A DNA stretch of 63,718 bases, counting the filler, from Octopus bimaculoides (taxonomy: Eukaryota): the NCBI RefSeq assembly GCF_001194135.2. It is 3 parts of 3 records of this genome, joined end to end, with 100 filler letters (N's around TTAATTAATTAA, not from the genome) between each part and the next. Parts side by side here need not be neighbours in the genome. Positions count along the whole stretch, not along the records: positions 51,534 to 63,718 come from NC_069002.1; 2 more parts are not named here. One strand, given 5' to 3'. Under the pieces are notes generated by a model. That model did not search any database and had not been told where the DNA came from. It was given only the letters and a program-made list of their open reading frames with translations. Below are positions 63,668 through 63,718 of the stretch, piece by piece; the first letter of the stretch is position 1, and each line of letters begins with the position of its first letter. Both the position numbers and the translations under genes were made by a program.

Positions 63668-63718
63668 CTAAAAAAAAAAAAAAAAAGAACGTTGTAGAAT
63701 TGTCCAGTTGAAAGAGCA

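Overview
AT-rich eukaryotic genomic scaffold with many N-gaps and very dense microsatellites. The repeat repertoire (several tRNA-headed SINE families, R4/Dong, RTE, CR1/L2, Tx1 and Penelope-like remnants) points to a coleoid cephalopod, most likely Octopus (inference, no database search). Almost all ORFs in the supplied track are microsatellite or gap artefacts. Real coding signal: (1) a hidden minus-strand gene of at least 7 very short, all phase-0 exons at 56.5-63.7 kb, about 136 aa, family unrecognised; (2) a weaker minus-strand exon pair at 9.0-10.8 kb; (3) isolated plus-strand microexon candidates; (4) decayed TE proteins: DD41D Tc1/mariner transposase, Tx1-clade RT, five R4/Dong fragments, RTE and CR1/L2 3' ends, Penelope-like RT and GIY-YIG. 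Notable non-coding structures: two fold-back elements, a piggyBac-type MITE tandem array, a hAT MITE, a HINE-like element, a 313-bp tandem unit carrying a tRNA-like Pol III cassette, and hammerhead-like and HDV-like RNA motifs. No CRISPR array, rRNA or intact tRNA was seen. SINE family letters A-F are my own working labels.
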